Shown one piece after another: positions 59,035 to 64,000 of a DNA stretch of 64,000 nt; the first letter of the stretch is position 1; each line of letters begins with the position of its first letter. A program made the position numbers and the translations under genes. A model generated the notes under the pieces. The model saw only the letters and a list, made by a program, of their open reading frames with translations, searched no databases and had not been told where the DNA came from. This DNA comes from Candidatus Poribacteria bacterium (GTDB lineage Bacteria > Poribacteria > WGA-4E > PCPOR2b), in assembly GCA_965208675.1 (NCBI GenBank), contig OZ242351.1, forward strand, positions 977,130-1,041,129, given 5' to 3'.

Positions 59035-59331
59035 TTGTTTAACATGGCTCGTAGAAAACAGTACGATAATCGATTCAAAGCGCAGGTGGCGATTGAAGCC
59101 ATTAAAAATGAACGCACCATGGCGCAGATTGCCAGTGACTACGAAGTCCACCCGAATCAGGTCAGGCAGTGGAAAAGACAGATTCTGGAACAATCACCCC
59201 AGCTATTTGCGAACGGACACACGCAATCAACTTCCGACAACGACCGCCTTATAGCTGAACTCTACCGGCAAATCGGTCAGTTGAAGGTAGAACTAGACTG
59301 GCTTCAAAAAAAAACTCGAATGCTCCATTAG
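59035..59331 (+). CDS. IS3-family transposase OrfA
   Basis: 'NRFKAQVAIEAIKNERTMAQIASDYEVHPNQVRQWKRQ'. Confidence 0.8.
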   Translation: MFNMARRKQYDNRFKAQVAIEAIKNERTMAQIASDYEVHPNQVRQWKRQILEQSPQLFANGHTQSTSDNDRLIAELYRQIGQLKVELDWLQKKTRMLH

Positions 59332-59402
59332 CACAGAAGCGGCGGCTTGTCAAGCAAGAGCGCGGTGCTCCATCGGTTTCGAGACAGTGCGAACTGTTAG
59401 GG

Positions 59403-60158
59403 TTGCCGCGCGCTTCGTATTATTATCAACCCGCAGCGGAAGAATCGCCGGAAAACCTGCTTTATATGCGTCTGATTGATGAACAGTACATTAAAACGCC
59501 GTGCTACGGTGTCCCTCGAATGACGGACTGGCTATGTGATAATGGCCACGCTGTCAACCGGAAACGGATTGCTCGGTTGATGCGAAAGATGGACTTAGTT
59601 GCCATCTATCCCAAGCCCCGTCTCTCCAAGCACGGCAGGCCGTCGAAAAAGTATGCTTATCTACTGAAGGATTCAATTATCACTCGACCGGACCAGGTAT
59701 GGGCAACTGATATCACCTATATCCGTTTGAACACCGGCTTTGTGTATCTAGTGGCGATTATGGATTGGTACTCTCGATATGTGTTATCATGGGAATTGTC
59801 AAATACACTAGACGTTTACTTTTGTCTATCGGCACTGGAACGGGCATTGAGTTGTTCTAGCCCTTTGATATTCAATAGCGACCAGGGCGCGCAGTTCACG
59901 TCAGATGCCTTTACGACTCGGCTTGAATCGGCTAACATTGCCATCAGTTGGACTGGTGCTGGCAGCGTGTTTGACAACATTTTAATTGAGCGGCTCTGGC
60001 GGACCGTCAAGTATGAACATGTGTATCTTCACGCTTATGACTCAGTTCACGCGGTTTGGTGTGGCTTGAACAACTATTTCAAGTTTTATAATGAGGAGCG
60101 GCTTCATACGTCGCTCAATACTAGAACACCTCATGAGGTGTATTTTCAAAAATCCTAG
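59403..60158 (+). CDS. IS3-family transposase OrfB (rve)
   Basis: 'VWATDITYIRLNTGFVYLVAIMDWYSRYVLSWELS', 'NSDQGAQFTS'. Confidence 0.8.
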   Translation: MPRASYYYQPAAEESPENLLYMRLIDEQYIKTPCYGVPRMTDWLCDNGHAVNRKRIARLMRKMDLVAIYPKPRLSKHGRPSKKYAYLLKDSIITRPDQVWATDITYIRLNTGFVYLVAIMDWYSRYVLSWELSNTLDVYFCLSALERALSCSSPLIFNSDQGAQFTSDAFTTRLESANIAISWTGAGSVFDNILIERLWRTVKYEHVYLHAYDSVHAVWCGLNNYFKFYNEERLHTSLNTRTPHEVYFQKS

Positions 60159-60453
60159 GTGTTGAAGCATAGCCGGATTGTCTAGCAATTACACCTTAAT
60201 AGACGAGCATTACTGTCTAAACATTGGGGGTAAGTAAACCTTCCTATGACCAAAATGCGTTGGCTTACGCTCCACCAATCACATTTACTTACGCAACCAA
60301 ACCACGCTATGCGCGGGCACATTGAGAATCCTGCTGCCTGCCCCGCAAAACGCAACCTACTTCAACTTGCCCGCCTTTCAGGTTTAGCCACAAACTACGC
60401 ATTGAGTTTTACTGTCCGACTTTGGTATGATATGGGGGCTAGGAGAATGGCTA

Positions 60454-62078
60454 TGAATATGCTGTATTACGGAGATAACCTCGAAATCCTAAGAGAGCAT
60501 ATCCCCGATGAAAGCGTAGATTTGATATACATTGATCCGCCGTTCAACTCAAATCAGGCCTACAATGTCATTTTCAGTGAGACAGACGGCACAGCATCAC
60601 AAGCGCAAATTCAAGCCTTCGAGGACACATGGCGGTGGGGCGACGCCACTGAGCAGGCATACCATGAGTTGGTCGGCACCGCGCCGCACGTTCTAGTTGA
60701 GACAATCAAGAGTTTTCGCGGCTTCCTTACCGAGACGAACCTGATGGCATATCTCGTGATGATGGCGCTGCGATTAGTGGAGCTGCACCGCGTCCTTAAG
60801 CCGACTGGGAGTTTTTATCTCCATTGTGACCCGAAAGCATCGCATTATCTGAAGATCATTTTAGACCAGGTGTTTGGAGTTCAGAATTTCCGGAACGAAA
60901 TTTATTGGAAAAGAAAGACAGGGCGTGCCGGCCCAACCAACCGCTTTGGAACATCCTGTGATATACTCCTTTGGTATTCTAAATCTAATGACTATACGTT
61001 TACTCCTCAATTTCGCAAGAGTAATACTGAATATATAGAAAAGATGTTTCGCTTTACCGATGAGGATGGACGAATCTATATGACTGATAACCTTGCAAGC
61101 CCTAATCCAAGGCCGAATCTAACGTATGAGTATAAAGGCTATAAACCGCCGGAGAAAGGATGGGCAATATCACGGGAAAAAATGGAACAGTGGGATAGAG
61201 AGGGCAGGCTCCATTTTCCTAAATCTCCTAATGGTCGCATCCAGCGGAAACGATACTTGGATGAGTTGATAGGAGAAGAAGTTCCCTCGCTTTGGGACGA
61301 CATTCTTGCCATTGGGTCACAAGCTAAAGAACGTCTAGGCTATCCAACCCAAAAACCTGAAGCACTGCTAGAGCGGGTAATTGAAGCCAGTAGTAACGAG
61401 GGCGATGTTGTTTTGGACGCCTTCTGTGGTTGCGGCACGGCTGTCGCCGTTGGCGAACGGCTCAACCGCCAGTGGATTGGGATTGACATTACGCACCTTG
61501 CTATCTCCTTATTGAAGTATCGCCTTGCAGATGCCTTCGGCGATGATGCGGAATATGAAATCGTCGGTGAGCCAAAAGACATGGCCAGCGCGGAGGCTTT
61601 AGCCGTTCAGGATCGTTATCAATTCCAATGGTGGGCGTTGAGCCTGATTCGGGCAAGACCTTATAAGGAGAAAAAAAGAGGGGCTGACGAAGGCGTGGAC
61701 GGGGTTATCTATTATCAAGACGTTGAGCCGGATAACACGAAAAAGGTGCTAACTCGGAAGATTGTCGTTCAAGTCAAAAGCGGGAAGGTTTCTGTCAAGG
61801 ACATACGAGAACTCAAATCGGTCGTCGAAAATCAAGACGCTGTAATCGGTGTCTTTATCACTCTCAACACCCCAACCCAGCCGATGCTCAAGGAAGCGGC
61901 AGCGGCAGGTCGATTTCAATGGCTTCACGTCAAAGACATCACGTATCCAAAGATTCAGATTCGCACGATACAAGAATTGCTAGATGGGAAGGGTATCGAG
62001 TATCCGCGTACACCTACTGATGTCACGTTTCGCAAAGCGAAGCGGGCAAACCCGAAAGTCGATCAGCTGGAGCTTTAG
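60454..62078 (+). CDS. beta-class N6-adenine/N4-cytosine DNA methyltransferase fused to a C-terminal Mrr-like PD-(D/E)xK nuclease domain (ORF open from 60246)
   Basis: Motif IV 'IYIDPPFNSNQ' precedes motif I 'VLDAFCGCGTAVAV', giving beta order with a roughly 290-aa TRD between them. C-terminal 'ADEGVDGVIYY...IVVQVKSGK' restriction-endonuclease-like core. RBS AGGAG before ATG 60454. Confidence 0.7.
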
Positions 62079-62149
62079 TCGGAAATCATGGTTTTCCGGT
62101 TCAACACACCGTCTTAAATGGGGGCTGCGTAACTCAGCATCCTTAGCAC

Positions 62150-62530
62150 TCACTCCGCATTTATAATATCCTCAAACTCCGAACACCGATGCGCTTTTGC
62201 ATATTCTCGGCACACATCCCGCCACAAACGGCTCTCCCACAACGCTAAAATCAAGTCCTTCACCTCGGTATAGTGTGTAAATCCTACCTCCCGCCTTAAC
62301 TCACCCTCAAAAGCGCCCCAACTAACATTTTCTCCATCTATGTATCTGTTATGATATTTTTCGCAAATATCATCGACTATCCTCATCCGAGGGTCTCGCC
62401 GTGCCCAGCCCTTGTGTATTTTGAATCGGTCAAGCGGCCATTGACTCTTGTCCTTGCTTTCGCTAAGTATGAAAGTAATCGCATCCGCAATCATCTCAAT
62501 ATGGTCTCTAATTGTGTTTTCATCCGACAT
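62150..62530 (-). CDS. hypothetical protein (126 aa)
   Basis: Intact ORF, divergent from 62728; no motif recognised. Confidence 0.35.
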   Translation of the reverse strand: MSDENTIRDHIEMIADAITFILSESKDKSQWPLDRFKIHKGWARRDPRMRIVDDICEKYHNRYIDGENVSWGAFEGELRREVGFTHYTEVKDLILALWESRLWRDVCREYAKAHRCSEFEDIINAE

Positions 62531-62727
62531 TTTTAGTTCCTTTCTGAAAATATTACGAGTTCCGCACTAACGTCGCGCAAACATAACTATGACATATTCA
62601 AAAACTCATAAATTCATCCAAACAGCCCGTTATAATACCTGTGATCCCACTATCCTCTTCCCATGCCATTGTTGTTGTCCTCGACTGTGTTTGACAAACT
62701 AAATAAAAAGGGATAAAATTTAGAATT

Positions 62728-63156
62728 GTGCTAGAACGTACTGATGAACAAAAAAGAGAAATTGAGGACATTAAGGAACGGATGAGAGCGAAAATCCGGG
62801 AGGCGCTTCCGGGGATAAGACGACGTGTTATTCGGGAACAGGGCCCGGAGATTATGCGCCGCGCTCTCGAACGAACTTACGCTGACATTCCCGGCGAAAT
62901 AGGTAAAGAGGTTCAAGAAGCATTTGCTGCATACGTCGCTCATTTGCCATTTGAAACGATGCCGACTGATATCAAAGTGAGATACAAACGAATAGAAGGT
63001 TCACTGTATTATATTCGATTTGGACTTGGATTGCGCCTCAACGATCCGAAGATTGGTGACATGAAGTTAGCGGACTTGCCCGGAGTAAAAGAGGACCAGG
63101 AATTAGAGCGAACCGGCAAAGTACGTACTAATTCCAATCGCCCTGTTGTTCCGTAA
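62728..63156 (+). CDS. hypothetical protein (142 aa, charged N-terminal helix)
   Basis: Intact ORF; no motif recognised. Confidence 0.35.
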   Translation: MLERTDEQKREIEDIKERMRAKIREALPGIRRRVIREQGPEIMRRALERTYADIPGEIGKEVQEAFAAYVAHLPFETMPTDIKVRYKRIEGSLYYIRFGLGLRLNDPKIGDMKLADLPGVKEDQELERTGKVRTNSNRPVVP

Positions 63157-63168
63157 CAGGAGAAACTG

Positions 63169-63498
63169 ATGCGTATTGATTCAACAAAGCAAGCACGTTT
63201 TGAATCTTTGATTCGAACACGTACTGAATTTGAACCCGGCACGGTCGGAGCGGAATTTAACGAAGCGTTTGAGGAATTTAAAAAAACATACCCAATACCA
63301 GATTCTGTATTGGAATCCGATGCTTACGACGAATGGGATTCACGAAATGAAGTGCAGCGGTACCGGCGGATTAAATTGATAATATGGGATATAAAGAGAA
63401 GGCAACCGGAATTGAATTCAACGCAAATCCATGAACTCATGCTTTCAGATGTGCCAGAGTGGACTGAGTCGCCTTACCTTTTGCCCTTGTCGGAGTAA
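63169..63498 (+). CDS. hypothetical protein (109 aa)
   Basis: 13 bp after the previous gene (co-operonic); no motif recognised. Confidence 0.35.
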   Translation: MRIDSTKQARFESLIRTRTEFEPGTVGAEFNEAFEEFKKTYPIPDSVLESDAYDEWDSRNEVQRYRRIKLIIWDIKRRQPELNSTQIHELMLSDVPEWTESPYLLPLSE

Positions 63499-64000
63499 AG
63501 TTATACTTTTACTTTTTGTACTTTCCCTTTTGCATGTCGTAAGTGTTCAGGGGGATGCTTGTGCCCATTAGCTCGTGGACTGCGTCTTCAAATTCTTCGC
63601 TCCATTAAAAACCGAAAATGGTGTCCGCGTGAAATATTACAATACCATCGCAGGTCCGCGTCCGGGTGCGTGCATCACCCCGTAAAACGTGGATTACTGG
63701 GTATGGCGTTTGGTGCCCCTCCGAGTCCAATCCCAGCCGCTGCGTGAGGCGATATTTAGCGCCTAATCTACACCAAAGAGATTTTCAGCCGCATTTGGGG
63801 ATCGATAAATGGACGTAGACACTCCCTCCCGAAAAAATTCTTCCCCCTCCATTGCAAACCCATCACTATGATTGACACTTCGGAAGAATGCTGCCCTTTC
63901 GCTGGCGTCAAAATCTTCAATATACGTAAATTTCGTAATTTTGCATGGCATAACCGCGGAGTTAAATTGTTCATCACACGGATCGTGATCTTAAAAATTT

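Larger units (their letters stand above)
58929..60232 (+). mobile_element. second, distinct IS3-family insertion sequence (copy 2), about 1.30 kb, inserted 14 bp after copy 1
   Basis: IRL TACCCCCAAAAACTAGACAGTG and IRR CACTGTCTAAACATTGGGGGTA (as reverse complement). orfA 59035..59331 and orfB 59403..60158 lie in the -1 frame. A9 slippery run at 59306-59314. Confidence 0.8.

Noticed and set aside
1-64000. tRNA/tmRNA genes as integration sites for the IS and defence region.
   Set aside because: A by-eye scan for T-arm-like GGTTCGAnTCC motifs and cloverleaf symmetry found nothing convincing. A covariance-model scan is needed to exclude them.

Overview
The window is a 64-kb bacterial chromosomal segment with about 50% GC, standard genetic code (TGA is used as a stop) and no rRNA or obvious tRNA genes. 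It mixes housekeeping genes (phosphohexomutase, YvcK-like factor, CCA-adding enzyme, TrpRS, ScpA/ScpB, threonine-synthase paralogs, IlvD/EDD dehydratase, RecD2 helicase, M28 and M50 peptidases) with accessory content. Six tandem paralogs encode secreted LamG/concanavalin-like (Laminin_G_3) proteins, with a FemAB-like acyltransferase gene just upstream. Other coding features include:
- a pair of PhyH-family Fe/2OG dioxygenases;
- a 19-aa remnant of gnd;
- a membrane tri-heme c-type cytochrome beside an ABC ATPase and a K+ channel;
- a TPP enzyme interrupted by one in-frame TGA;
- an EgtD-family amino-acid N-methyltransferase in an operon with an OpuC/ProU-type ABC ATPase and an SBP-permease fusion;
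- a 1183-aa outer-membrane protein (adhesin-like beta-helix, CBM9-like domain and Omp85 barrel);
- a canonical sigma-54 promoter with upstream GACACA/TGTGTC palindromes ahead of two small ORFs, a cytoplasmic PAS histidine kinase and an NtrC-type activator;
- a run of SDR, Gfo/Idh/MocA and xylose-isomerase-like genes.
The 3' third is clearly mobile or accessory: a mosaic cluster of five ~110-145 bp MITE-like inverted-repeat elements, a HicB-like orphan and a duplicated gene start, an AT-rich islet, two adjacent IS3-family elements with intact A-run frameshift sites, a beta-class DNA methyltransferase fused to an Mrr-like nuclease domain, and small genes of unknown function. Lineage cannot be determined from sequence alone; the gene content is compatible with a PVC-like or other environmental heterotroph.
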